Positions 1 through 9,026 of a stretch of DNA of 64,000 nucleotides are shown here, one piece after another. Both the position numbers and the translations under genes were made by a program. Source of the stretch: Aquabacterium sp. Lineage in GTDB: Bacteria > Pseudomonadota > Gammaproteobacteria > Burkholderiales > Burkholderiaceae_C. The notes beneath the pieces are model-generated. The model worked only from the letters and a program-made list of their open reading frames with translations. It ran no database searches and was not told the DNA's origin. The stretch lies in NCBI RefSeq assembly GCF_016234775.1, contig NZ_JACRAH010000019.1, positions 10,105 to 74,104 of the forward strand, in the 5' to 3' direction. Positions within the stretch are counted from its first letter, which is position 1. Each line of letters begins with the position of its first letter.

Positions 1-56
1 GCCCTCTCGTCCCCGTTGAACCTGCCAAACCTGCCCAAGCTGTCGAGCCTGCAGGG

Positions 57-506
57 GTGCTATCTCCTGCGCCTGCCGGCAAGCCGGCTGATCCCCAGAA
101 GTTCAAAGTGACCGTAGGCCCCAGCCAGATCGATGGTCAGGGCGCCTTCGCGGCAGAGCCCATTCCCGATCGCCGCAAGATCGGCGAAATTCGAGGCGAG
201 TTTGTCGACATGCGAACCGCCCGTGCCCGCGCGCGCGAGGCCGAACGCAGCACCGGTCGCATCTTCATGGTCGCGATCTCCGACAAGCGCGCGATCGACG
301 CAACCCACTCCACCGATCCCTTGCGTTTTGCCAACCACTCCTGTGATCCCAATATGGTGCTCAAGGTGCAGCAAGGCCGCGTGGCCTTCTATGCCTTGCG
401 TGACATCGCCGAGGGGGACGAGTTGACGGCCCGCTATGGCAGCACGCACCACGCAGGGCGGCTGCGCTGCCAATGTGGCGCCCCCAACTGCGTCGGGCGT
501 ATCTGA
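57..506 (+). CDS. SET-domain protein (putative protein-lysine methyltransferase)
   Basis: ORF track 57..506. Carries the SET motif RFANHSCDPN and a Cys-rich post-SET CQCGAPNC at the C-terminus. The frame stays open upstream to base 3, so the start is either GTG 57 or beyond the window edge. Confidence 0.7.
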   Translation: MLSPAPAGKPADPQKFKVTVGPSQIDGQGAFAAEPIPDRRKIGEIRGEFVDMRTARARAREAERSTGRIFMVAISDKRAIDATHSTDPLRFANHSCDPNMVLKVQQGRVAFYALRDIAEGDELTARYGSTHHAGRLRCQCGAPNCVGRI

Positions 507-670
507 GCTTGGTCCTGGTGAAAACCCAGGGGCGGATCAACTGGATCCCCCGCGCTCAGGCGTCCGTCACGGATGAATTCATGCGTCTGGCGTCATCGAT
601 CAATCGCAAACCCATAGCCTCAGGCATGCAACGCTGATCGATACTGCGGGCAATATCAAAAGGTTGCCTC

Positions 671-2530
671 ATGTTTGCGACACGCATGTTTTCAACAGCA
701 GATCGCGCATCAGGCCAGAACAGGGGAAACGCGAACCTGCAGGTTCAGATCTGGGATGCACGCGTCCAGATGCTGTGTCAGCACGTGCCGACCGTCATGG
801 TCATGGCTGTCGGGTTTGCGATGGTGCTGGGCTGGTTGTTGCACGAGCAGGTTGATCAGACAAAAGTCTGGTCCTGGTTCGGGCTGCGTTCCGTGGTGGT
901 TGCGTGCCGGGTTGTTCAGGCACGTTTGTATCTGCAATCCAAGGACAGCGCCAACCCGGTCTGGTACGGTGGCTTTCTCGCCTTGGTGCTGGCCGACGGC
1001 GTGCTGTGGGGGGCGGCCTGGTGGTGGCTGGTGCCGGTGGACCGACTGGATCTCACGGCCATCACCCTGACGGCCATTCTGGGCGTGGCCGCCTTGTCGG
1101 CGTTCATCTTGCATGCGGATGTGCGCGCCACGGCCACCCATGTGCTGGCCATGCTGCTGCCCTGCGCGGCCTACAGCCTCACGCGCCATGATTCCTATGG
1201 GGTGTTTGGCGCCGTTAGCCTCACAGCCTTCACCGCGCTGTTGCTGCTGGAAACCCACCGTGCCTATGTGCGTCTGGTTGAGCTGCTGACCTTGCGCTTC
1301 GAGCATGAGCGGATTCTGGGCGAGCGAGAACAGGCCTTGAAGCTGGCGCAGCATCACAGCGAGGCCAAGAGCCGTTTCCTGGCCTCCATGAGCCACGAGA
1401 TGCGCACCCCGCTGCATGGCCTCCTGGGCCTGAGTCGCCTGCTGCGCGATGACGAGGTCCGCCCGGTTGCGCTCCGGCGGCTCGAATTGCTGGAGCGCTC
1501 GGGCGACCATCTGCTGACCGTGATCAACGATGTCCTGGATGTCTCCAAGATCGAGGCAGGGCATGTGAACATCGAGCGCGCCTGTTTCGACCTCACCTCG
1601 CTCGTCGATGAGGTCGCCGGGGTGTCGACCGTGACGGCCAATCGCAAAGGTTTGCATCTGCGCCTGCGTACGGACGACTTGCCGGATGGCTATGCAGTAG
1701 CCGGGGACGCGATGCGGGTGCGTCAGGTGCTGCACAACCTGCTGGGTAACGCCATCAAGTTCACCGACCAGGGCCATGTCACCTTGCACGTGCAACTCAT
1801 GGAAGGCGAGCGCGTGTCCTTCGTGGTGCAGGACACGGGGATCGGCATCCCTGAAGAAGAGCAGGCGCACATCTTTGACGCCTTCCACCAGATCGACAAC
1901 GGCCTGGGCAAACGCCATGGTGGCACCGGATTGGGTTTGACCATCGCCCGCGAACTGTGCCGGGCCATGGGGGGCGATCTGAGCTGCAGCAGTCAGCGAG
2001 GTGTGGGTTCGACGTTCGAATGCATCCTGCATTTGCCGCGCAGTGATGAGCGTCCTGTTGTGCGCGGGCACGCCGGTATTCGGCCGCTGACTTCGGCTTG
2101 CACGGTGCTGCTGGTTGAGGACAACCCCATCAACGCCCTGGTCGCCGAAGCCGCCTTGCGGCAGATCGGGGCAGAGGTGCAGGTTGTCGATGATGGACGC
2201 AAGGCCATCGACTGGCTTGCACGGCAATCCGCGCATCTGGTGTTGATGGATTGCCAGCTGCCTGTGCTCGATGGTTTTGAATCAGCGCGACTGATTCGTG
2301 AGCAAGAACGCCAGCTGGGGCTCACGGCGGTGCCCATCGTGGCGCTGACCGCCAATATCTTCCCGGGTGAGCGCCAGCGCTGCCTTGATGCGGGCATGGA
2401 TGATTACCTGGGCAAGCCGTTCCGTCGTGAAGATCTGCATGCCATGCTTGTGCGCCATGTTGTGCACAAGCGGGCGCCAGCGTTTCACGGGGTGGGTGGC
2501 GACAATGCGCCCCGTTCGCTGGCAGCCTGA
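671..2530 (+). CDS. hybrid sensor histidine kinase / response regulator
   Basis: 619 aa with an N-terminal multi-TM region. H-box SHEMRTPLHG, HATPase motifs (GNAIKFT, DTGIGI, GTGLGL) and a C-terminal receiver (LLVEDNPIN...LMDCQLPVLDG...LTAN...KP). Confidence 0.9.
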   Translation: MFATRMFSTADRASGQNRGNANLQVQIWDARVQMLCQHVPTVMVMAVGFAMVLGWLLHEQVDQTKVWSWFGLRSVVVACRVVQARLYLQSKDSANPVWYGGFLALVLADGVLWGAAWWWLVPVDRLDLTAITLTAILGVAALSAFILHADVRATATHVLAMLLPCAAYSLTRHDSYGVFGAVSLTAFTALLLLETHRAYVRLVELLTLRFEHERILGEREQALKLAQHHSEAKSRFLASMSHEMRTPLHGLLGLSRLLRDDEVRPVALRRLELLERSGDHLLTVINDVLDVSKIEAGHVNIERACFDLTSLVDEVAGVSTVTANRKGLHLRLRTDDLPDGYAVAGDAMRVRQVLHNLLGNAIKFTDQGHVTLHVQLMEGERVSFVVQDTGIGIPEEEQAHIFDAFHQIDNGLGKRHGGTGLGLTIARELCRAMGGDLSCSSQRGVGSTFECILHLPRSDERPVVRGHAGIRPLTSACTVLLVEDNPINALVAEAALRQIGAEVQVVDDGRKAIDWLARQSAHLVLMDCQLPVLDGFESARLIREQERQLGLTAVPIVALTANIFPGERQRCLDAGMDDYLGKPFRREDLHAMLVRHVVHKRAPAFHGVGGDNAPRSLAA

Positions 2531-2651
2531 GTTCCCGTGCACTGGGGGAAACGCCGTGACAGACACATCTGCTTGCTTGAAATGACGGAAAGTGCCTCAC
2601 AATGCGCCCCGTCAGAACCGGCGCAACGTGCGCCACTTCAGGAGATTCGCA

Positions 2652-3689
2652 GTGAGCAAGAGATGGCAGTGGGCCGCCCTGGCGGCCATCGTGATGGTCA
2701 GCCCCGTGGCACAGGCCGCCAAGCAACGTGTGTGCGTGTTCGACATTCTGGGCACGGGCGGTGACGGCTACAACGCCGCCAAGGACTACGCCATCGAGAT
2801 GCAAAAGCATGGCGGTGACATGGAGCTCAAGGTCTATATTGATGAGCGCGTGGGCGTTGAAGATTTTCGCACCGGGCAATGTGATGCCGTGATGGCCACG
2901 GCCCTGCGCACGCGGTCTTTCAACGCGCTGACTGCCGCCCTGGACTCCGTGGGGGCATCGACCGTGGTCAAGAACGGCAAGCTCGATATGACCGCGAGTC
3001 TGGAAGTGGTGCGCAAGACCATTCAGACCTTCTCCAGCCCCAAGGCGGCCGGTCTGATGGTGCAAGGCCAGTATGAAGTGGGTGGCATCGTGCCACTGGG
3101 CGCTGCGTATGCCTTCGTCAATGACCGTGAGATCAGCAATCTGGAAGCTGCAAGTGGCAAACGCGTGGCGGCCTTTGATTACGACAAGGCTCAGTCGCAG
3201 TTGATTCAGCGCGTGGGCGCTCGCCCTGTTGCCGCCGACGTGACCAACTTCGGCACCATGTTCAACAACGGGAACGTGGACGTGGTGATGGCGCCGTCCA
3301 TCGCTTACAAGCCGCTTGAGTTGCACAAAGGCATGGGCAGCAAGGGGGCGGTGCACCGCTTCCCCATGACCATCCTGACCTATCAGATGATCCTCAAGCG
3401 CGACAAGTTCCCGGAAGGTTTCGGTCAGAAGTCTCGCGAGGTGTGGGCCAGCCGTTTTGATGGGGTGGTGGAGTTGATCAAGCGCGCTGACGCCACGATC
3501 CCCGCCAAGTTCTGGCTGGATCCGTCACCGGTTGATGCCGAGCGCTATATCAACCTGATGCGCGACGGCCGCATCGACATGGCCGAGAAGGGCTTCTACG
3601 ACAAGAAGGGCCTGAAGATCATCAAGCGCATCCGTTGTGATGTGAACCCTGCTGCGTCGGACTGCAGCCAGCCCACGGAAACCTGGTGA
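2652..3689 (+). CDS. secreted periplasmic-binding-protein-like protein, paralog 1 of 3 in the window
   Basis: In-frame GTG at 2652 lies 7 nt after GGAG (2641-2644), followed by a signal peptide (WQWAALAAIVMVSPVAQA). Alignable by eye end to end with 38681..39754 and 39932..40981. Shared blocks: CVFD(I/F)LG, TALRTR-FN, AAFDYDKAQ, KGLK(I/V)IKRIRC-VNP...C. Confidence 0.75.
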   Translation: MSKRWQWAALAAIVMVSPVAQAAKQRVCVFDILGTGGDGYNAAKDYAIEMQKHGGDMELKVYIDERVGVEDFRTGQCDAVMATALRTRSFNALTAALDSVGASTVVKNGKLDMTASLEVVRKTIQTFSSPKAAGLMVQGQYEVGGIVPLGAAYAFVNDREISNLEAASGKRVAAFDYDKAQSQLIQRVGARPVAADVTNFGTMFNNGNVDVVMAPSIAYKPLELHKGMGSKGAVHRFPMTILTYQMILKRDKFPEGFGQKSREVWASRFDGVVELIKRADATIPAKFWLDPSPVDAERYINLMRDGRIDMAEKGFYDKKGLKIIKRIRCDVNPAASDCSQPTETW

Positions 3690-3736
3690 TCCCATGAAGC
3701 TGGCCTGCGGGCCGGCTCCCTTGGCCGATCGGCCAT

Positions 3737-3771
3737 GAAAAAAGCCTCCTGAACCAGGAGGCTTTTTCTTT
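3737..3771. terminator. bidirectional intrinsic terminator
   Basis: Stem AGCCTCCTG (3743-3751), loop AAC, CAGGAGGCT (3755-3763), flanked by an A-run (3737-3742) and TTTTCTTT (3764-3771). Sits between convergent genes. Confidence 0.75.
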
Positions 3772-3803
3772 GGGGAGATCGAAGAACGATCAGCCCGAGA
3801 CGA

Positions 3804-4016
3804 TCAGCCCAGAGCGGCCAGGTCGTCAGCAACCTTCTTGAGCAGGTCTTCGGTGATCAGGCCACCGGAGAACTTGGCCACCATCGACAGGGCGAAGCCC
3901 TTGCCCATGCCGATTTGCGGATGGGTCGAGATGCCTGGCAGGTGCTTTTCCAGGATGGCCTTGGTGGTTTCGTTGTCCAGCAGGTCGCCGAGTTTGGATT
4001 CGATCGAGAAGCTCAT
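3804..4016 (-). CDS. small hypothetical protein (70 aa)
   Basis: ORF 3804..4064 trimmed to ATG 4016 (MSFSIESKLGDLLDNETTKAILEKHL...). Plausible codon usage and a terminator downstream. No family recognised. Confidence 0.5.
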   Translation of the reverse strand: MSFSIESKLGDLLDNETTKAILEKHLPGISTHPQIGMGKGFALSMVAKFSGGLITEDLLKKVADDLAALG

Positions 4017-4260
4017 GGATGTCTCTCTAAGGATGATGGGTTTACAGAAATTCGCACCCCGCACGTCTGGAGGCGACCTGCCTTGGGTGCATCCTCAAGC
4101 ATAACTCGCTTCAAACGGGTGTTTGTGACCGGCAGGGGATTTTCATGTCCCTAAGACAAGGGTGTGGCCCCACCCATGCCGTGATTGACGCTTGCGTTAA
4201 CACAAAATGCGCGGCATTGCGGCGCTGGAGACGGCCAATTTTTGTGCTAGCCCGGCTTAC

Positions 4261-4269
4261 TTATCCCCA
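4261..4269 (+). promoter_or_regulatory. DnaA-box-like 9-mer (one mismatch)
   Basis: TTATCCCCA followed by an A-run. Lies 191 bp upstream of the consensus box at 4452. Confidence 0.5.
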
Positions 4270-4451
4270 AAAAAGGGCGAACGAGAATGGCGTGATCTGC
4301 CATGTCGGAGCCACCCTGTGCAGCGCACGGGCACACGTTCCAAGTTATTGATTCATAAAGAAAAATTGGCCATGCCTTCAGATGGTGCAGATCAGGAGAA
4401 ACCCCCGCCTGACAAGCAGTTAGCGCGCGTGTGCAGAGGTTTCCCACAAAG

Positions 4452-4474
4452 TTATCCACAGAAAGCGTGGATAA
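4452..4474. promoter_or_regulatory. inverted pair of DnaA boxes
   Basis: TTATCCACA (4452-4460, perfect R-box consensus) faces TTATCCACG on the other strand (4466-4474). Together they form TTATCCAC-N7-GTGGATAA. Confidence 0.7.
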
Positions 4475-4716
4475 ATCAGCTGCCAGTAAAATCAAGCACT
4501 TAGCGAAGGGTGTTGGCAGTGCACTTTGATAGCGAGAGGCAAGTTCAAACGTTCATTTCCGCTTTACCCATGGTGTTGGCGCGAGTGGCCAAACCACATG
4601 AAACAATCGGCTGCGGCAAGGTCGGCAGTTCGTGAACAATGTCACAACATCCGACAAACCGTGTAAGGCATCGAGCAACTAGGGAATACCCTTTGATTTG
4701 TCAGGCGATACCACAC

Positions 4717-4725
4717 TTATCCCCA
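4717..4725 (+). promoter_or_regulatory. DnaA-box-like 9-mer (one mismatch)
   Basis: TTATCCCCA lying 190 bp upstream of the consensus box at 4907. Confidence 0.5.
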
Positions 4726-4906
4726 TAAAACCGGGAGCGGGTGCACACAGATGGGGCAAGGTATGCGAAACGGTCATTTGCCCGACACTTCGCGCTAAGT
4801 TGTTGATTCATATAGGGAGCCCGCAAGTGCCTCATCTTGAGGCAATCTGACCCAAACGACCGTCTGACAAGCATTTAGCGCGCATTTTCAAAGCTTTCCC
4901 ACAAAG

Positions 4907-4929
4907 TTATCCACAGACCCCGTGGATAA
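4907..4929. promoter_or_regulatory. inverted pair of DnaA boxes
   Basis: TTATCCACA (4907-4915) faces TTATCCACG on the other strand (4921-4929), with the same geometry as 4452-4474. Confidence 0.7.
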
Positions 4930-5004
4930 GGGTAAAGCCCTGTCGAATCAAGCACTTGCCCCCTTCTGTTCATACCCTTGTAAGAATTTCGGAGACACGA
5001 ACGC

Positions 5005-7107
5005 ATGCCTGACACCCCCGCTTCCACTTGCCGAATCGGCGTCGTGGTTGAGGCGCCTCAACACAGTGGCCTGTGGGGGGCGCTGGACTACCGCTGCGCG
5101 CAGCCCTTGGAGCCGGGCACGCTCGTGCGGGTGCCCCTGGGCAAGCGCGTGGTGACAGGTGTGGTGTGGTCGAGCACGGGTTCTGATGATCAGAGCGATG
5201 TCGTGGACGAGGCCAGCCTCAAGGCGGTGCTGGAAGTGCTCGATGGCCTGCCCCCCTTGCCAGACGCCTGGCGGCAGCTCGTCAGGTTCGCGGCAGGCTA
5301 CTACCAGCGCAGCCTGGGCGAGATGGCGCTGATGGTCTTGCCACCCGAGCTGCGCCAGCTGGATGCGCTGCAGTGGGGGCGGCGGCTCAAGCGCTTGAAC
5401 AAGGCCGTGGCCGAGCCCTCCGTGCCGGATCCGAGTGCCTTGCCTGAACTGACGCCACAGCAGGAAGCCGCCCTGGCGCAACTGGCCGAACCAGGCGACA
5501 AGCCTTTCCTCTTGTGGGGCAGCACGGGCAGCGGCAAGACCGAGGTCTACCTGCGCCAGGCGCAGCGCGCTTTGGATGAGGGCAAGCAGGTGCTGATGAT
5601 GGTGCCCGAGATCAACCTCACGCCGCAGCTGGAAGCTCGCGTGGCCGAACGCTTTGCCGGGCGGCGCATCGTGTCCTTGCACAGCGCGCTGACGCCGGCC
5701 CAGCGCTTGCGCAACTGGTTGATGGCGCACTATGGCCATGCCGATCTGATCCTGGGCACGCGCTTGTCCGTGTTCACGCCGCTGCCGCGCCTGGGCCTGA
5801 TCGTGGTCGACGAAGAACATGACCCCAGCTACAAGCAGCAGGATGGCGCGCGTTACTCTGCCCGCGATCTGGCCGTGTACCGGGCGCGGCTGGAAAAGGT
5901 GCCGGTGATCCTGGGCTCGGCCACCCCGAGCCTGGAGAGCTGGTTCAACGCCCAGCCTGAATCAGAAGGCGGCACAGGCCGCTACGTGCGCCTGGCCATG
6001 CCTGCGCGGGTGGGCGATGGCGACATGCCGCGCGTGCGCATACTTGATCTGTCGCGTGCACCCAAGCAGTTGCGCGGGCAGGAGCCTCCCCCTGTTGCGC
6101 AAGAGTTGCTGGACGCCATTGCCCAGCGCGTCGAGCAAGGCGAGCAAAGCCTGGTGCTGCTCAACCGCCGGGGTTATGCCCCGGTCCTGCATTGCAGCGA
6201 TTGCGGCTGGAAGAGTGGCTGCCCGCATTGCAGCGCCTGGCGCGTGTTCCACAAGGTCGACCGCACCTTGCGTTGTCACCACTGTGGCTTCACCGAACGC
6301 GTGCCGCGTGCCTGCCCCGATTGCGGCAACACCGACATCCACCCCGTGGGCCGGGGCACCGAGCGCCTGGAAGAGCAACTGGCCGAAGCCTTGCCGCAGG
6401 CCCGCCTGGGCCGCATCGATGCCGATGTGACCAAACACAAGGGCGCCCTGGAAGAACGCCTGGCCAACGTGCACGCCGGCGAGGTGGATGTGCTGGTGGG
6501 CACGCAGATGGTGGCCAAGGGGCATGACTTCCGCCGCATCACGCTGGTGGCTGCCGTGAACCCCGATTCAGCCCTGTTCGCCAGCGATTTCCGCGCCGCC
6601 GAGCGCCAGTTCGCCTTGCTCTTGCAGGCGGCGGGCCGGGCCGGGCGCGATGCCGATGTGGCCGGGCACAGCGAGATGTGGGTCCAGACCTGGCACCCCA
6701 TGCACGCGCTGTATCAGGCCTTGCGCCGCTATGACTACGCCGATTTCGCCGCGCAGCAACTCAAGGAACGCGAGATGGCCGGCCTGCCGCCCTATGCCAG
6801 CCTGGCCATGCTGCGTGCAGAAGGCAAGACCCAGCAGGCCGCGCAGGACTTCCTCCACGCCGCCGTACAGGCTGTGCAGCACCTGGCCGACGACATCGGT
6901 GGCATCACCTTGTACCCGCCCGTGCCCACCCCGGTTCAGCGCGTGGCCAATGTGGAGCGTGCGCAGTTGATGATCGAGTCGCCCATGCGGCCGGCCTTGC
7001 AGCGCTTCCTGGGGCAGTGCCAGCACGTCTGGCTGGACCTGGCAAAACAAAACCGCCGCAGCGGTTTGATCCGCTGGGCGGTGGATGTGGATCCCCTGTC
7101 GATCTGA
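5005..7107 (+). CDS. priA: primosomal protein N' (replication restart helicase PriA)
   Basis: 700 aa. Walker A GSTGSGKTEVY, DEEH box (VVDEEHD), Cys-rich zinc-binding insert CSDCGWKSGCPHCSAW...CHHCGF...CPDCG, and helicase C-terminal motifs (QAAGRAGR). Confidence 0.95.
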   Translation: MPDTPASTCRIGVVVEAPQHSGLWGALDYRCAQPLEPGTLVRVPLGKRVVTGVVWSSTGSDDQSDVVDEASLKAVLEVLDGLPPLPDAWRQLVRFAAGYYQRSLGEMALMVLPPELRQLDALQWGRRLKRLNKAVAEPSVPDPSALPELTPQQEAALAQLAEPGDKPFLLWGSTGSGKTEVYLRQAQRALDEGKQVLMMVPEINLTPQLEARVAERFAGRRIVSLHSALTPAQRLRNWLMAHYGHADLILGTRLSVFTPLPRLGLIVVDEEHDPSYKQQDGARYSARDLAVYRARLEKVPVILGSATPSLESWFNAQPESEGGTGRYVRLAMPARVGDGDMPRVRILDLSRAPKQLRGQEPPPVAQELLDAIAQRVEQGEQSLVLLNRRGYAPVLHCSDCGWKSGCPHCSAWRVFHKVDRTLRCHHCGFTERVPRACPDCGNTDIHPVGRGTERLEEQLAEALPQARLGRIDADVTKHKGALEERLANVHAGEVDVLVGTQMVAKGHDFRRITLVAAVNPDSALFASDFRAAERQFALLLQAAGRAGRDADVAGHSEMWVQTWHPMHALYQALRRYDYADFAAQQLKEREMAGLPPYASLAMLRAEGKTQQAAQDFLHAAVQAVQHLADDIGGITLYPPVPTPVQRVANVERAQLMIESPMRPALQRFLGQCQHVWLDLAKQNRRSGLIRWAVDVDPLSI

Positions 7108-7125
7108 CCGGGGTTCGCCATCAGG

Positions 7126-7950
7126 TCAGCCGAGCATGGCCTCCAGGCCTTCGCACAGCTCGCTCATGGGGGGCATGCCCTTGAGGATGTCGTCGGGCTT
7201 GAGGCCCAGCTTCTTGCAGACATCGGCAGGGATGGTGCCAGCCAGCTCGTCTTCGCTCAACTGGTTGTGTTCGGCCCGGGCGCGCCATACGGCCAGATGG
7301 ATCACGCCGGCCGCTGGATCAAACGGCTCGGCCAGCGGGTTCGGGAACTTGTTGATGGCATCGCCAAAGGTGACGGGGAAGCGCCATTGGCGGGCCAGCT
7401 CGGCGCCGACATTGGCGAAGCTGTAGCCAAACGACGTGGTTTCCATGTCGATGCGACGGGGGTCCATCGGCGAGGCCAGCTTGTCCAGGTGCAGCATCTG
7501 CTCGGGCATGCCGGCGTGCATCACCAACTGGCCGATGGCGTGCATCAGGCCCACGGTGAAGGCCTGGTCGCCATTGACGCCGGTTTTCTTGGCCAGCCAG
7601 CCGGCCACGGCAGCCGTGTGCAGGCTGTAGCGCCAGAATTGCGACAGGTCCATGCCGGGCATGGATTTGTAGCCGCCAGTCAGGCCTGAGCTGATCACCA
7701 GGGTGCGCACGGTGACGAAGCCCAGCATCGACAAGGCGTCGTTGACAGTGCCCACGCTGCGTGAGACATGGTAGTAAGCCGAGTTGGCCAGGCGCAGCAA
7801 GCGCGCGGACAGCACCGGATCGGCCGCCAGCTTCTTGGCGATCTCGTCGATCGACACATCGTCACTGTTGAAGCTGTCAATCAGCTCGTGAACGATTTTG
7901 GGGACGGCCGGAAGGGCCTGGGGTTGCTTGAACAGTGCTTCGAGCTGCAT
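7126..7950 (-). CDS. HDOD domain signalling protein
   Basis: 274 aa, typical HDOD-family sequence (IVHELIDSF...DPVLSARLLRLANSAYY...LGF..VR.LV). Confidence 0.75.
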   Translation of the reverse strand: MQLEALFKQPQALPAVPKIVHELIDSFNSDDVSIDEIAKKLAADPVLSARLLRLANSAYYHVSRSVGTVNDALSMLGFVTVRTLVISSGLTGGYKSMPGMDLSQFWRYSLHTAAVAGWLAKKTGVNGDQAFTVGLMHAIGQLVMHAGMPEQMLHLDKLASPMDPRRIDMETTSFGYSFANVGAELARQWRFPVTFGDAINKFPNPLAEPFDPAAGVIHLAVWRARAEHNQLSEDELAGTIPADVCKKLGLKPDDILKGMPPMSELCEGLEAMLG

Positions 7951-8164
7951 GTTTGCCAGCCTCCATCTCGATTAAAGCCAGGACGGTCTGCCCGTCATCC
8001 CGCGCCTGATCGCAACGGGTTTGTGGCAGATTGTTCGCATATCGACCCTTTCGGGCATGACTTGAGCATCGCCGATCGGATATTTTTCGAGCGATGGAAA
8101 TAAGGCACGGTGTACGTGCTGTTGTGCGCTTAGGGTGGCGGCTGTTGGCGTGAAGGATGTCACG

Positions 8165-8953
8165 ATGAAAATCTCATGCACTGGAAAGACCCTTCTGGCG
8201 TCTGGTCTGTTCGCCGTGCTCTGGCCAGTGGCCTGGGCCGGCGGGCGCGATGAGGGCTTGCCGCAGCGCAACCTGATCGTCGAGTGGCGCATGAGCGGCC
8301 AGGGCCATACGCAGCAAAGCAACGTGGGCGTGCGCACGGGCCAGATCATTGTGGACAGCCGGGGCGGTGTGGTGGGGCGTACCAGCATCGGCACGGAGCG
8401 CTACCAGACCGAGTCGCAGACGAACACCGTGCAGCAGGTGCAGGTGCTCAATGGCGGGCGGGCCAAGTTGTATGTGGGGCGCAGCCAGCCCTACACGGTG
8501 TGGCAGTGGGCCTGGACAGGCAGTGCCACGGCGGGCGGTTCGATGGGCTCCTATGGCCCTGCGTCGCAGCAAGGTAGTGCCTCGGGCGCCGGCTATCCGG
8601 TCAATGTGGTGCCGCAGACCGTGTGGATCGACATGGGGCAGGGGCTGAATGTGCGGCCCCGCTGGCCTGGTGGGCGCGCACCCGTGACGGTCGAGATCGA
8701 GGCGCAGGCGCGCCAGCCGGCCCAACTGGGCGGCACCGGTGGCATGGGAGGCGCCTACGGCGGCCAACTCGAACCTGATGGCCAGACGCGCCGCATCGAG
8801 GTGGGCAGCACCTTGACGGTGTCGCTGGGCGAGTGGGTGGTGGTGGCGCGCAGCGGTGGCCAGGTGCAGCGGCGCCAGTCGGGCAGCCTGTCTACCCGTG
8901 ATCTGGACGACAGCCAGTCCGAACAGCTGGAGATTCGCGTCACCGCGCCTTGA
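8165..8953 (+). CDS. hypothetical secreted protein (Gly/Gln-rich)
   Basis: ORF 8135..8953 trimmed to ATG 8165, which gives a signal peptide (MKISCTGKTLLASGLFAVLWPVAWA). No family recognised. Confidence 0.5.
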   Translation: MKISCTGKTLLASGLFAVLWPVAWAGGRDEGLPQRNLIVEWRMSGQGHTQQSNVGVRTGQIIVDSRGGVVGRTSIGTERYQTESQTNTVQQVQVLNGGRAKLYVGRSQPYTVWQWAWTGSATAGGSMGSYGPASQQGSASGAGYPVNVVPQTVWIDMGQGLNVRPRWPGGRAPVTVEIEAQARQPAQLGGTGGMGGAYGGQLEPDGQTRRIEVGSTLTVSLGEWVVVARSGGQVQRRQSGSLSTRDLDDSQSEQLEIRVTAP

Positions 8954-9026
8954 TCTGCGCCTTGGCCCCAAGCCTGCTAGATTGGGCGTTCACACCAAAA
9001 CAGCACTGTTGTACGGAGACAAGTTC

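Larger units (their letters stand above)
4259..4501. repeat. DnaA-box module copy A (non-coding direct repeat)
   Basis: Ordered conserved islands: ACTTATCCCCA (4259), AAGTTATTGATTCATAAAG (4342-4360), CTGACAAGCAGTTAGCGCGC (4409-4428), TTTCCCACAAAGTTATCCACAGA (4440-4462), CGTGGATAA (4466-4474), AATCAAGCACTT (4490-4501). All recur 455-456 bp downstream. Confidence 0.85.
4715..4957. repeat. DnaA-box module copy B (non-coding direct repeat)
   Basis: Same ordered islands as copy A: ACTTATCCCCA (4715), AAGTTGTTGATTCATATAG (4797-4815), CTGACAAGCATTTAGCGCGC (4864-4883), TTTCCCACAAAGTTATCCACAGA (4895-4917), CGTGGATAA (4921-4929), AATCAAGCACTT (4946-4957). Confidence 0.85.

Noticed and set aside
4145-5155. 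Small ORFs (68-98 aa) inside the DnaA-box region: 4145..4351, 4207..4503, 4247..4495, 4922..5155.
   Set aside because: They have no RBS. The conservation between the two repeat modules occurs as short nucleotide islands in both orientations rather than in a codon-like pattern, and 4922..5155 runs out of frame into priA.
4065-7107. Gene-strand bias switch as supporting evidence for oriC at 4.1-5.0 kb.
   Set aside because: Genes on both sides of the region are mostly on the plus strand, and orientation is mixed further on. The window provides no strand-bias support, so the origin call stays a hypothesis.
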